A stretch of 32,000 nt of DNA from Promethearchaeota archaeon (GCA_048938295.1 JBHLMI010000018.1:21740-53739); one strand, 5' to 3'; numbered from the stretch's first letter, positions 1 through 9,141 are shown. The notes: a model not told the origin generated them from the sequence alone. Program-made: numbers and translations.

Positions 1-110
1 TTTCAGAGAGCTTCTCCGGGCTAGTTTTGATTTTTGATCCCGAACATTCCATGATTGCCAAGAAACTCAACATCACTAAAGATGGGGAATACGCTCTCCA
101 AGTCCGTTAG
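1..110 (+). CDS. spt4: Transcription elongation factor Spt4 (RpoE''), 3' end only, truncated by the window start; not in the ORF track
   Basis: Frame starting at nt 3 reads SESFSGLVLIFDPEHSMIAKKLNITKDGEYALQVR* (TAG 108-110), the typical Spt4 C-terminus. Canonical position upstream of DUF359-rps24e-rps27ae. Confidence 0.85.
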   Translation, partial: SESFSGLVLIFDPEHSMIAKKLNITKDGEYALQVR

Positions 111-119
111 GTGAAATAG

Positions 120-695
120 TTGGCTGCCAAGCAGCTGCGACAAAATACCCTTGTACTCCCCGACCATCTTCGTCAATCACTCCAAGGACCGAAAGGCGAG
201 CTGTTCTCCCGAACAGACTTAGGCGCGGCAGAAGACGCTTGCGCTTATATTCGGAAACACAAGCTAGCTCCCGTCATCGCGGTTGGTGACTTGGTCTCGA
301 TTAATCTAGCGAAGGTCAACTGCCAAGCCACCCTGTCTATTCTGGATGGAAAAACAAAGCGCAATGATCCTGTGGAATTTTCCCTAACAACTGATGTCAC
401 CTTTACAGCAACAAATGCTGCTGCTGAAATTCGTCCTGAGGTATGGATTGCCATCGAACTAGCCCTCACTGCTGGTCAATCTGGCAAAACTGCGAAACTC
501 TTAATAGAGGGCGAAGAGGACCTAACGGCACTGCCCGCAGTGGCACTTGCACCCTCTGGCTCAGCCGTTGTATACGGGCTTCCCAATCAGGGCATAGTTG
601 TCATTAAGGTCGCGGCAGAGCACAAACAGGCAGTAAACGCAATCTTACAAGAAATGGTGCAAAAAGATGAAAATCAAAATCGAAGAGAAAAATGA
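120..695 (+). CDS. DUF359 family GTP-dependent dephospho-CoA kinase
   Basis: Motifs VIAVGDLVS, ILDGKTKR, IEGEEDLTALP and VVYGLPNQG. TTG start with GGTGA 5 nt upstream. Conserved synteny. Confidence 0.85.
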   Translation: MAAKQLRQNTLVLPDHLRQSLQGPKGELFSRTDLGAAEDACAYIRKHKLAPVIAVGDLVSINLAKVNCQATLSILDGKTKRNDPVEFSLTTDVTFTATNAAAEIRPEVWIAIELALTAGQSGKTAKLLIEGEEDLTALPAVALAPSGSAVVYGLPNQGIVVIKVAAEHKQAVNAILQEMVQKDENQNRREK

Positions 696-1137
696 CAATG
701 CGCTCCTTCAGCGTCAGGAAATTACTTTCTTAATTGATCATACGGGAACTGCGACACCTCCTCGCGTTGATGCCCGTGCAAAACTTGCTGCTATGCTGAA
801 TTGCAAAGAAGATCAACTCTATATCATTAAACTTGTTGGACAATATGGCCAATCCATCTCTCAGGGCTATGCTCATCTTTATCCTTCAAAAGAAGCTGCC
901 GAAACGCAAGAACAGACGTACATCAAAAAACGAAATGGCGCTGAAGAGGCTACACAGCCACCCGCCATGAAAGTAGCCAAACCTGCGGCCAAAGAGAAGA
1001 AAGAAGAAGCCCAAGAGGCATCAAAAGAAAAGGCTGAAAAGCCACTAGAGCCGCTTAAAAAGAAGGAAGATGAAAAGCCCAAGCGAGAAGAGGACAAAAA
1101 AGAGAAACCTCGGGCAGAGAAAAAGGAAGGGTCATAA
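667..1137 (+). CDS. rps24e: 30S ribosomal protein eS24 with a long Lys/Glu-rich C-terminal tail
   Basis: N-terminal about 90 aa match eS24 (NALLQRQEI, TPPR, GYAHLY). Synteny with rps27ae. Confidence 0.9.
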   Translation: MKIKIEEKNDNALLQRQEITFLIDHTGTATPPRVDARAKLAAMLNCKEDQLYIIKLVGQYGQSISQGYAHLYPSKEAAETQEQTYIKKRNGAEEATQPPAMKVAKPAAKEKKEEAQEASKEKAEKPLEPLKKKEDEKPKREEDKKEKPRAEKKEGS

Positions 1138-1170
1138 TTCGATTCAAGAATTAATAAAAGGTGAAATCCG

Positions 1171-1353
1171 ACGACAAAGACACACAAATATTACTCTGTT
1201 GGAAAGGATGGAAAACTCGAACGTAAACGCAGGTCATGTTCACGCTGCGGTGAAGGCACCTTCATGGCAGAACATGCCAATCGGTTCCACTGTGGCCGTT
1301 GTGGGTTTACAGAATATAAGCCCTCAAAGAAGAATGAGGGGAAAGAAACTTAG
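1171..1353 (+). CDS. rps27ae: 30S ribosomal protein eS31 (S27ae), probably ACG-initiated; not in the ORF track
   Basis: Reads (M)[59 protein letters not shown], with a C4 zinc finger. An in-frame TGA at 1162-1164 leaves no ATG/GTG/TTG before the conserved part. The start coordinate is inferred from SD spacing. Confidence 0.9.
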   Translation, partial: TTKTHKYYSVGKDGKLERKRRSCSRCGEGTFMAEHANRFHCGRCGFTEYKPSKKNEGKET

Positions 1354-1438
1354 ACACGACGACCCACTTACACTTTGGTGGTTTATCAGGGTCACGTCAT
1401 GTGGCACATAACTTGTTTTTAGGTGTGGTTAGGTCAAG

Positions 1439-2425
1439 ATGGTTGTTCTAGGTATTGAAAGCACAGCACATACCTTCGGTATCGGTATAGTAGATAGCAC
1501 AGGTCAAATTCTCGCCGATGTAAAGGCGGTATATTCTCCCCAAGAAGGTGGGATTCATCCTCGAGAAGCAGCCGAACACCATCAAGTCTATGCACTACAT
1601 GTGTTATCTGAAGCATTCACTCGGGCTAAGATTTTCCATAATCAGGTGAATGGAATCGCGTTTTCACAGGGACCTGGTCTTCCTCCTGCACTTCGTGTAG
1701 GTGCCGTTTTTGCACGGAGTCTTGCTACAAGCCTTGGCGTTCCTCTAGTCGGTGTCAATCATTGTGTTGCCCACATCGAACAGGCTCGGTTCTTCACAAA
1801 AGCCGACCACCCGCTAGTTATCTATTTATCTGGTGGAAATACACAAATAACTACGCTGATAGCACAGCGGTATCGAATTTTCGGGGAAACTTTAGACATC
1901 GCTTTGGGTAATATGCTTGATATGTTTGCTCGGGAAGCGAATCTGAAACACCCTGGTGGACCAAAAATCGAGCAACTAGCCCTTCAAGCGAAGAATGGCT
2001 ATCACGAACTACCATACACGGTGAAGGGTATGGACCTGGCTTTTTCCGGATTGTTAACAGCGTCAAAGCAGCTGCTTTCACAAGGCGTTTCCCTTGAAGA
2101 AGTCAGCTATAGCCTTCAAGAAACGGCGTTTTCAATGATAGCTGAAGTAACTGAGCGAGCCTTAGCCCACACACAACGAAAGGAACTGATAGTCACTGGA
2201 GGAGTTGCAGCCAATGCCCGGCTCAAGGAAATGCTCCAAATCGTAGCAGAAGAGCAATCGGCTCGATTTGCCTCAGTTCCCCGAAAATACGCTGGGGACA
2301 ATGGATCTATGATTGCATACAACGGCTTGCTCCTCCTTCAAGCAGGTAAACGAACCGCCATCTCTGAAAGCCGAACCCAACCTAAATGGCGTCTTGATCA
2401 GGTCGATATACCGTGGGGGGCGTGA
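1439..2425 (+). CDS. kae1: KEOPS catalytic subunit Kae1/TsaD (t6A transferase), stand-alone
   Basis: LGIESTAHT, GGIHPREAAEHH, NHCVAHIE, LSGGNT, GETLDIALGN, GDNGSMIA. Confidence 0.97.
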   Translation: MVVLGIESTAHTFGIGIVDSTGQILADVKAVYSPQEGGIHPREAAEHHQVYALHVLSEAFTRAKIFHNQVNGIAFSQGPGLPPALRVGAVFARSLATSLGVPLVGVNHCVAHIEQARFFTKADHPLVIYLSGGNTQITTLIAQRYRIFGETLDIALGNMLDMFAREANLKHPGGPKIEQLALQAKNGYHELPYTVKGMDLAFSGLLTASKQLLSQGVSLEEVSYSLQETAFSMIAEVTERALAHTQRKELIVTGGVAANARLKEMLQIVAEEQSARFASVPRKYAGDNGSMIAYNGLLLLQAGKRTAISESRTQPKWRLDQVDIPWGA

Positions 2426-2432
2426 ATCTATT

Positions 2433-3074
2433 ATGTCACAATTACTTGCTAAAGGGGCAGAAGCCACACTCTACCTAGAAGACTTCTACGGGTATCCTTC
2501 TGTCCGCAAATACCGTCGACCTAAACCCTATCGGCTCCCCCAATTAGATGCCAAACTACGCACTGATCGGACAATCCGTGAAGCACGATCCCTTGCTGCT
2601 GCACGTCAGAGTGGTGTTGCTACTCCTGTTCTCTTTCAAGTTGATCTAGAGAATGCGACCATAATCATGGAATACATTGCTGGGCAACGAGTTAAGGAAC
2701 AGGTTCCTATCTTGAAGAAAGCCAAGCGGCGTCGGGTATTCAAAAAAATTGGCGAAGCTGTCGCCCGTTTACACTTGCATGAGATGACTCATGGGGACTT
2801 AACGACCTCGAACTTGCTGCTGGGGCCATCACATCTCATCTATTTCGTTGATTTTGGGCTATCAACGGTCACAAATAATATCGAAGACTTTGGAACAGAC
2901 CTTCATCTATTACGCCGCGCTCTTCTGAGCACTCATCACACACACTGGGAAGACTGTTATAAGGCAGTCCAAGAAGGATACAGCGAGACCTTCGGAAATA
3001 GAAGCAATGAAGTTTTCCGCAAGGTCGAAGCAATAGAAAGCCGTGGACGCTACATCACAGAACGAATCCGGTGA
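2433..3074 (+). CDS. bud32: KEOPS kinase/ATPase Bud32
   Basis: KGAEA, RTIREAR, HGDLTTSN, DFGLS. The true start is taken as ATG 2433; the track extends the ORF into kae1. Confidence 0.95.
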   Translation: MSQLLAKGAEATLYLEDFYGYPSVRKYRRPKPYRLPQLDAKLRTDRTIREARSLAAARQSGVATPVLFQVDLENATIIMEYIAGQRVKEQVPILKKAKRRRVFKKIGEAVARLHLHEMTHGDLTTSNLLLGPSHLIYFVDFGLSTVTNNIEDFGTDLHLLRRALLSTHHTHWEDCYKAVQEGYSETFGNRSNEVFRKVEAIESRGRYITERIR

Positions 3075-3079
3075 ACCAC

Positions 3080-3658
3080 ATGACACAGCGACCGCTCCTC
3101 TTTGTCACTGGAAATAAAAATAAATTCGCTGAAGCCCAGCGGATTACGAAGCGTGCAGGGATTATAATTGAGCAATTTCACGATCGACCGACTGAAATCC
3201 AATCGAGTTCTCTGCATAAGATAGCCCAACACAGCTGTGAAGTGGCGTTACATCAGCTCAAGCGTCCCCTGTTTGTTGAGGATGCCGGGTTGTTCATCTA
3301 CCAACTCAATGGTTTCCCCGGGCCTTATTCTTCGTACGTTTTGAAGACCCTTGATAATGCAGGCATTCTCAAGCTTATGCAAACTGAGAAAAATCGTGTC
3401 GCCGTATTTCGCAGTATTATAGCTTACGGAGAACCAGACCGGGAAATTCAACTCTTTGAGGGGGAAACCATGGGAACAATATCACGGCGTATTCGCGGCA
3501 CTGAATGGGGGTTTGATCCAATTTTTATCCCCGATGAAGGCGATGGCGCTACCTATGCTGAAATGCCAGATGATATGAAAAACCGGATCTCTCACCGAGC
3601 CAAATCGTTGGCTAAATTTGTCAATTGGTATCTGACTTATGGTTCTGCAACCACATAA
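3080..3658 (+). CDS. rdgB: Non-canonical purine NTP pyrophosphatase (RdgB/HAM1, ITPase)
   Basis: FVTGNKNK, VEDAGL, GFPGPYS, GFDPIFIP, SHRAK. GGTGA 5 nt before ATG 3080. Confidence 0.95.
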   Translation: MTQRPLLFVTGNKNKFAEAQRITKRAGIIIEQFHDRPTEIQSSSLHKIAQHSCEVALHQLKRPLFVEDAGLFIYQLNGFPGPYSSYVLKTLDNAGILKLMQTEKNRVAVFRSIIAYGEPDREIQLFEGETMGTISRRIRGTEWGFDPIFIPDEGDGATYAEMPDDMKNRISHRAKSLAKFVNWYLTYGSATT

Positions 3659-3684
3659 TAGAGATACAATTAAATACCGTTGTC

Positions 3685-3752
3685 GATTCCTGCTCTCCGG
3701 TGCTTAGCGTCTAAGAACCTATTGAAGCAGGAATCTCTCATCACCTTGGTGA
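3685..3752 (+). promoter_or_regulatory. Structured leader/inverted repeats upstream of rps15
   Basis: GATTCCTGCT (3685-3694) is the exact reverse complement of AGCAGGAATC (3726-3735). Inner CTTAG/CTAAG stem. TCAC-CTTG-GTGA hairpin (3741-3752) over the SD. Confidence 0.45.
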
Positions 3753-3758
3753 AATCTA

Positions 3759-4214
3759 ATGGCTCGAATGCATTCCCCTCGAAAAGGAAAATCTCATTCC
3801 AAACGTCCAATCCGCCTCGAAACTCCTGATTGGTGTCAACGGACACCAGAGGAAGTTGAAGAGCTCGTAACTACGCTAGCCAAGGAAGGTCATCAACCCT
3901 CCATGATTGGGTTAAAACTCCGAGACCAATATGGGATTCCCCTAGTGAAGGCGATCACCGGTAAGACCATTACTCAGATTCTTAATGAAAATGAGCAATC
4001 ATTACGCGTACCTGAGGACCTTTTCCATCTCATTAGTCGAGCCGTTACTCTGCGAAGGCACCTTGAAGATGCGAAAAAGGATTTACACTCTCAATACGGA
4101 CTTCGATTAATTGAGAGTAAAATACGACGCCTAGTGAAATATTACCGTCGACAGGGTGTTCTCCCTCAAGACTGGAAATACACGCCAGAGCAAGCTGCGC
4201 TCCTCATTCGCTAG
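3759..4214 (+). CDS. rps15: 30S ribosomal protein uS15 (S15/S13e)
   Basis: [44 protein letters not shown]. Confidence 0.98.
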   Translation: MARMHSPRKGKSHSKRPIRLETPDWCQRTPEEVEELVTTLAKEGHQPSMIGLKLRDQYGIPLVKAITGKTITQILNENEQSLRVPEDLFHLISRAVTLRRHLEDAKKDLHSQYGLRLIESKIRRLVKYYRRQGVLPQDWKYTPEQAALLIR

Positions 4215-4240
4215 GCGCAAAAGGCTATTGGCTGATTTCC

Positions 4241-5737
4241 TTGACCCGTGACTTGGAACGTCTTTTAGAAACCGCAGATTCGGCGGCAAGCCGTATCAAC
4301 GACTGGATTGAAGCCAATGAACCAATTTTTGTGACTTCTCACCTAGATGCAGATGGCCTATCTGCTGCAGGCATTATCGGTTCCACGTTAACTCGCCGAA
4401 ACACTCCTTTCCAATTACGAATCGCCCGTCAACTCGATGATGTCTACTTATCAGAAATTTCCGGGAAGGGCTGTAACCACTACATCTTCTGTGACCTCGG
4501 GAGTGGACAGTTACCACAAATTACAAAGGTAGTAGGCGATGCGGAGATTATCATATTAGATCATCATCCTCCCGGATCGATGAAGGTTCCTTCTAATATC
4601 CGCCAAGTGAATCCGCATGAGTGTGGATTTGATGCCACCTACGAAATCTCCGGTGCAGGAGTTGCCTATCTCGTCTCCCGCCACCTCGGCGGCTCAAATG
4701 AAGATCTAGCGGCATTAGCGGTGGTAGGCGCTTTAGGTGATGTTCAAGATCGTGGAAAGCAACACGACTTTGTCGGATTAAACAAAGAAATCATCGTTGA
4801 AGATGCCATCGCAGCTGGCGTCATCGATCGATCCATTGATCTGCGAATCTTTGGACGAGAAACCCGACCAATCCATATCGCCTTACAATACACAAGTGAC
4901 CCTTACATACCAGGGATTAGCAACGATGCCGAAGGGGCTTTGAATTTTTTAGCTGATCTCGACATTGATCTCCGTGAAGGTGATGAGTGGCGTTCAATCG
5001 CCTCCCTCTCCAAAGACGAAAAGCGGAAACTCAACTCATCGCTTGTCACCTATATGCTCAAACAGAATATTCCACCACGCGAAGCCCAATCACTGATTGG
5101 CGTAGTATTCACACTCCTTCAGGAAGAGAAGGGGAGCTATCTTCGTGACGCTCGCATGTTTTCCACTCTGCTCAATTCCACAGGACGCTCCAATCAAGGC
5201 AGCATTGGCGTTGCCGTGTGCATGGGTGATCGAGGTGCCCTTCTTCGAAAGGCTGAAACTATCCTCAAAGAATATCGGGAACAACTCGCCTTGGGCCTTC
5301 AATGGTTAACTGATGATCCTACAGCGATTAAGAAACTGAAACTCATTCAAACCTTTCATGCTGAAGGTCGTGTTCCTGACACCATCGTGGGCTCAATTGC
5401 TGGTATGGCATTGAACGCACGGCTGATCGATTGGACAAAACCAATTATTGCCTTTGTGTATTCTCGAGAAGGACATGTCAAGGTCTCGGGGCGCACAACA
5501 CGACAAATCGTAGAGGCTGGAGCAGACCTCGGCGAAGCCATGTCACAAGCCGCTGAAGAAATCGGTAGCGGAGCGGTCGGTGGTGGACACAACATTGCTG
5601 CAGGCGCAACGATTCCGCGAGGCCAAGAAGAGCGATTCTTGGAGATAATTGAACGCATTCTCCGGAAACAAATGGGGCGAATGAAAGAGGTGACTCCTGA
5701 CTCAGAGGAGAGTGCGAATGAGGAAACAATTAAATAG
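4241..5737 (+). CDS. RecJ/Cdc45-like DHH-DHHA1 phosphoesterase (GAN-like)
   Basis: SHLDADGLSA, CDLGS, LDHH, ISGAG, GALGD, KVSGR, GGGHNIAAGA. Canonical rps15-DHH-rps3ae synteny. Confidence 0.88.
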   Translation: MTRDLERLLETADSAASRINDWIEANEPIFVTSHLDADGLSAAGIIGSTLTRRNTPFQLRIARQLDDVYLSEISGKGCNHYIFCDLGSGQLPQITKVVGDAEIIILDHHPPGSMKVPSNIRQVNPHECGFDATYEISGAGVAYLVSRHLGGSNEDLAALAVVGALGDVQDRGKQHDFVGLNKEIIVEDAIAAGVIDRSIDLRIFGRETRPIHIALQYTSDPYIPGISNDAEGALNFLADLDIDLREGDEWRSIASLSKDEKRKLNSSLVTYMLKQNIPPREAQSLIGVVFTLLQEEKGSYLRDARMFSTLLNSTGRSNQGSIGVAVCMGDRGALLRKAETILKEYREQLALGLQWLTDDPTAIKKLKLIQTFHAEGRVPDTIVGSIAGMALNARLIDWTKPIIAFVYSREGHVKVSGRTTRQIVEAGADLGEAMSQAAEEIGSGAVGGGHNIAAGATIPRGQEERFLEIIERILRKQMGRMKEVTPDSEESANEETIK

Positions 5738-5799
5738 CCGAGTCTGATTTTGCCCTTCACGCTTCACGAAAGCGACTATCCTTCAAAAGGTAACGAACC

Positions 5800-6393
5800 A
5801 TGAGCCGACAATCTCGAGTTCGCGATAAGTGGCGCGAAAAACACTGGTATACAATGGTGGCCCCCTCCTCCTTTGGAAATATAGAAATTGGGGATACCCC
5901 TTCAGGCAACGCTAAAACCCTAGTGGGTCGTAAAGTGGAGACCACACTCTATGCCATCTCAGGCGACTTTAATCAAATCCATATCAAACTCTACTTCCAG
6001 ATCAATGAAGTAAAAGGTGATAAAGCCTACACCCACTTTTCTGGTCATGATTTCTCTCGTGACTATCTCCGCAGCCTCGTCCGCCGAGGAAGCAGCCGCA
6101 TCGATGGTATATTTGATGTCACAACCAAAGATGGCTACCAGATTCGAATTTATGCCATAGCCTTTCCAGTTCGCCGCGCCAAAGCAACGCAACAATCTGC
6201 TATTCGTGAAGTCATGGAAAAAGTTATTACAAAACGCGCAAAACGCCTTAACTTCGATGCCTTCATCCAAGAATGTGTTCTTGGTAAAATCGGTAGTGAC
6301 ATCTACAACAAGGCGAAGACCATTTTTCCACTGCGAAAAAGCGAGATCCGAAAAAGCAAGTTACTCACCCAACCGGCCGCAGCGGCTAGCTAG
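5800..6393 (+). CDS. rps3ae: 30S ribosomal protein eS1 (S3Ae)
   Basis: RDKWREKHWY, GRKVETTL, DYLRSLVRRGSSRIDG, IFPLRKSEIRKSK. Confidence 0.97.
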   Translation: MSRQSRVRDKWREKHWYTMVAPSSFGNIEIGDTPSGNAKTLVGRKVETTLYAISGDFNQIHIKLYFQINEVKGDKAYTHFSGHDFSRDYLRSLVRRGSSRIDGIFDVTTKDGYQIRIYAIAFPVRRAKATQQSAIREVMEKVITKRAKRLNFDAFIQECVLGKIGSDIYNKAKTIFPLRKSEIRKSKLLTQPAAAAS

Positions 6394-6641
6394 ACTCAGT
6401 CGCCATTTGCAGAGTAAGGTTCCATTCTTCCATGTGTTGGTTATAAGAAGCGATAATACCACCTTTAAGCGCGCGCATGTTATGGAGATATTAGCCGCTT
6501 TTTATACAACCTTGAAATCAATTCTCTGACTTAAGAATGAGGTTTGAAAGTAAGGGCTTTAGAGCGAGCCTGGCTTCTTTTTTTGAAGCGATTTAAAACA
6601 GTATTCTACGAAAGCTGACCGGTAAGGCTTATTAATAATAG

Positions 6642-6956
6642 ATGCGCCAAGTGGCTAGGGTCTGGCTTACTATGTTTGCTCGAACACTCCAGCGGCAGGG
6701 TTTTTGGAAAGCCCGAAATGTAGAGAACGAATCCGGGCGGCGGATCTTTCTGAAGCATGATCTGTACCTAGGTGGTATCTACGTGGAGGTAATGAACCGT
6801 GTTGCGGTTCTCCGGATTACCGAGTTAGGGATCGTTCGTGTCTTCAAGCGAGCTAAAGCTCTCAGAACATTCTTAGCGGAGCTTGAAGCCATGAAAGGTC
6901 GGATTGCGGTGGAATCACCTTCCCTCCATTCCCTTGTACAGCTCTCCAGCGAGTAG
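6642..6956 (+). CDS. Small hypothetical protein (start may be ATG 6672)
   Basis: Non-overlapping ORF with protein-like composition. TATA-like TTATTAAT at 6629-6636 and a T-rich tract after the stop. No family recognised. Confidence 0.55.
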   Translation: MRQVARVWLTMFARTLQRQGFWKARNVENESGRRIFLKHDLYLGGIYVEVMNRVAVLRITELGIVRVFKRAKALRTFLAELEAMKGRIAVESPSLHSLVQLSSE

Positions 6957-7109
6957 ACGCCCGTTTCCTTTCTTTCATTGTATCATGTTCCACATTGGGG
7001 TTACTCCTCGAATTCCATTCAAGGCAGAATATTTTTGTAGCGTTGCTTCTGGGCTAGAGGGAAAACCATTATGTCTTAACCTTTGAAGACACCGAAAGGT
7101 GAAAAGAAA

Positions 7110-8669
7110 ATGCCGCTGCAATTTCGGGAGCGCAATGTTGTGAAGAAAGACTGGCGAAAGGTTCAGCTGCGTATCGCATTGTGTTATCCGAACGTGTATC
7201 GTGTTGGCATGACGAGTCTTGCTGTGCAGTTATTGTATGCTCAGTTCAATGCTGATCCAGCGGTTGCGTGTGAGCGAGTCTTTTATGTTCCAGGGGAGGC
7301 GCCTCGGTCGCTTGAGTCGGGGCAGCCTCTTTCTGAGTTTGACGTGGTGGCGTTTTCTCTTCAGTTTGAAACCGATTTCGTCCATGCAGTTGAGATGCTG
7401 GTTCGATCAGGAGTTCCACCGCTGGCAATAAAGCGAAAGCGTCCTTGGGTGTTGGTTGGAGGTCCCTGTGCCCTTTCGAATCCCTTTCCTCTCCTTCCTT
7501 TCATCGATGTGGTACAAGTTGGAGATATTGAACCGGTCTACACCCAGCTGCTCGATGCCCTTCTCAATACTAAATCCCTTGAAGATCTGAATGTCCGGTT
7601 GGATAACCGCTTTTTATTATCAGAAAGGGCTCAAGCGACGCGAGCCTATATCGCTGATCTTGATTCAGCGTTTCATCCTACTTGTCAAGTGTTACCGGAC
7701 CCGCCATTTCCTGCAGAGCTTGAACCGACCTTTGGGCAGAGCCTTTTAGTTGAAATTTCTCGGGGATGTGATCGACGCTGCAACTTTTGTATGACTGGCT
7801 ATCAAAATAGTCCGTGTCGCGAACGCACATTGAGTACGCTGAATCGCCTTATCGATGAAGGAACCCGGTGCACCGTAGTAGATAAGGTAGCTTTGTTGGC
7901 CTCAGGATTTATTGACCATTCAGCACTCATCCCACTTCTTACAGCGATTGTAGATGAGGGGCATCAACTCTCTGTTCCTTCACTTCGCGCTGATCTCTCA
8001 GATCCGGAAATTCTTCCACTGATTTTCCAAGGTGGACAACGCACGCTTACCTTTGCTCCCGAGGCGGGCTCAGAGCACCTTCGATCGCTCATCGGAAAAT
8101 CTATCCCCGATGACACCTTTCTGCAGGCTTTTGAATTCGCATTGGATGCAGGCTTTTCACAGTTCAAACTCTATTTTATGGTGGGGTTGCCCACCGAGAC
8201 CGATGATGATGTGGCTGCGATTTACGATTTTTGCCTTCGGTTACTAGCCTTAGCTGACAGGAGTCATCGTATCCACGTGAGCGTGTCACCTTTCATCCCT
8301 AAACCGCATACTCCATACCAATGGTTGGGTTTAACCCCGCTTAAAATATTGAAGAGGCGACTGCAAATTCTGGAAGGTCTTGGTCGTTATGGACGCATCC
8401 AACTTGACTTGCCTAATCCTCGATGGGCGGTTATACAAACCGTCTTATCTCGGGGGTCAAGTGAACTAGCTCCATTGCTACTTGAAGTAGCACAACATGA
8501 TCAAATTACCGCGGGTACATGGCTCCAAACCGGAAAACAACTCGGATTGAATCTCGAATCCCTGGCAACCGCTGATTACTCTACGGATACGACATTTAGT
8601 TGGGAAAGAATCGATGTGGGCATCAATCGCAATATTTTATTGCGACGGTTTAGGAATCTTGACCAGTAA
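7110..8669 (+). CDS. Radical SAM Fe-S protein with an N-terminal B12-binding-like domain
   Basis: CxxxCxxC motif (GCDRRCNFC), YPNVYRVGMTSL, VLVGGPC, FAPEAGS, LYFMVGLP, PFIPKPHTP. GGTGA SD before ATG 7110. Confidence 0.85.
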   Translation: MPLQFRERNVVKKDWRKVQLRIALCYPNVYRVGMTSLAVQLLYAQFNADPAVACERVFYVPGEAPRSLESGQPLSEFDVVAFSLQFETDFVHAVEMLVRSGVPPLAIKRKRPWVLVGGPCALSNPFPLLPFIDVVQVGDIEPVYTQLLDALLNTKSLEDLNVRLDNRFLLSERAQATRAYIADLDSAFHPTCQVLPDPPFPAELEPTFGQSLLVEISRGCDRRCNFCMTGYQNSPCRERTLSTLNRLIDEGTRCTVVDKVALLASGFIDHSALIPLLTAIVDEGHQLSVPSLRADLSDPEILPLIFQGGQRTLTFAPEAGSEHLRSLIGKSIPDDTFLQAFEFALDAGFSQFKLYFMVGLPTETDDDVAAIYDFCLRLLALADRSHRIHVSVSPFIPKPHTPYQWLGLTPLKILKRRLQILEGLGRYGRIQLDLPNPRWAVIQTVLSRGSSELAPLLLEVAQHDQITAGTWLQTGKQLGLNLESLATADYSTDTTFSWERIDVGINRNILLRRFRNLDQ

Positions 8670-8699
8670 TAGATCACGATCCTGGTTCGGGACCATATT

Positions 8700-9140
8700 A
8701 TGGTATCGAAACGAAAAGAAACCAAGAAAGAAAAGACTCTAGCTCCATCGGAGATACCTAATGAAGCTGAAGAGGGAACGGATCCTGAGTGTGAGGATTT
8801 ATCTGAAAAGATCTTAGAGCGTCTACCACACCTGGCAAACGAGGTAAAATCCTCTGGACCCGGTGTCCGAGTTGGGGGGGTACGGTGGGAAGAGACAGAT
8901 CGAACTCGCCAACCGGTAAAGATAGGAGAAAACCGGTTTTCTGGGCATTCACCAGATGTGATTGATTTTATACGACGTTGTTCCTCCGAGGATGAAGCCT
9001 TGGAAATCATCAACTTCTTAGAAAGGCGGGGCGAAATCAAAACCCATCATGCTAAAGAGCTTCGGGACCAATTGCGACGTCGTGGTGTGCGAAGCTTTGG
9101 AACCCAAAAAAGATGGGGCCATTATGAACGCGAGGGCTAG
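8700..9140 (+). CDS. DUF2095 family protein
   Basis: PDVIDFIRRC..EDEALEIINFLERRGEI...LRRRGVRSFG pattern. Confidence 0.75.
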   Translation: MVSKRKETKKEKTLAPSEIPNEAEEGTDPECEDLSEKILERLPHLANEVKSSGPGVRVGGVRWEETDRTRQPVKIGENRFSGHSPDVIDFIRRCSSEDEALEIINFLERRGEIKTHHAKELRDQLRRRGVRSFGTQKRWGHYEREG

Positions 9141-9141
9141 C

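Noticed and set aside
667-1353. eS24 and eS31 lie in the same frame, suggesting a read-through fusion
   Set aside because: Two stops (TAA 1135-1137 and TGA 1162-1164) separate them, and a well-placed SD precedes eS31.
879-1411. Track ORFs 879-1187 (-) and 1070-1411 (+)
   Set aside because: They overlap eS24 and the true eS31 frame. The Phe/Ser-rich antisense ORF mirrors the K/E tail.
6386-6478. 30-aa minus-strand micro-ORF (MRALKGGIIASYNQHMEEWNLTLQMATESS) about 21 nt from an AT-rich box
   Set aside because: No recognisable features. The box reads equally well as a plus-strand TATA, and the length is expected by chance.
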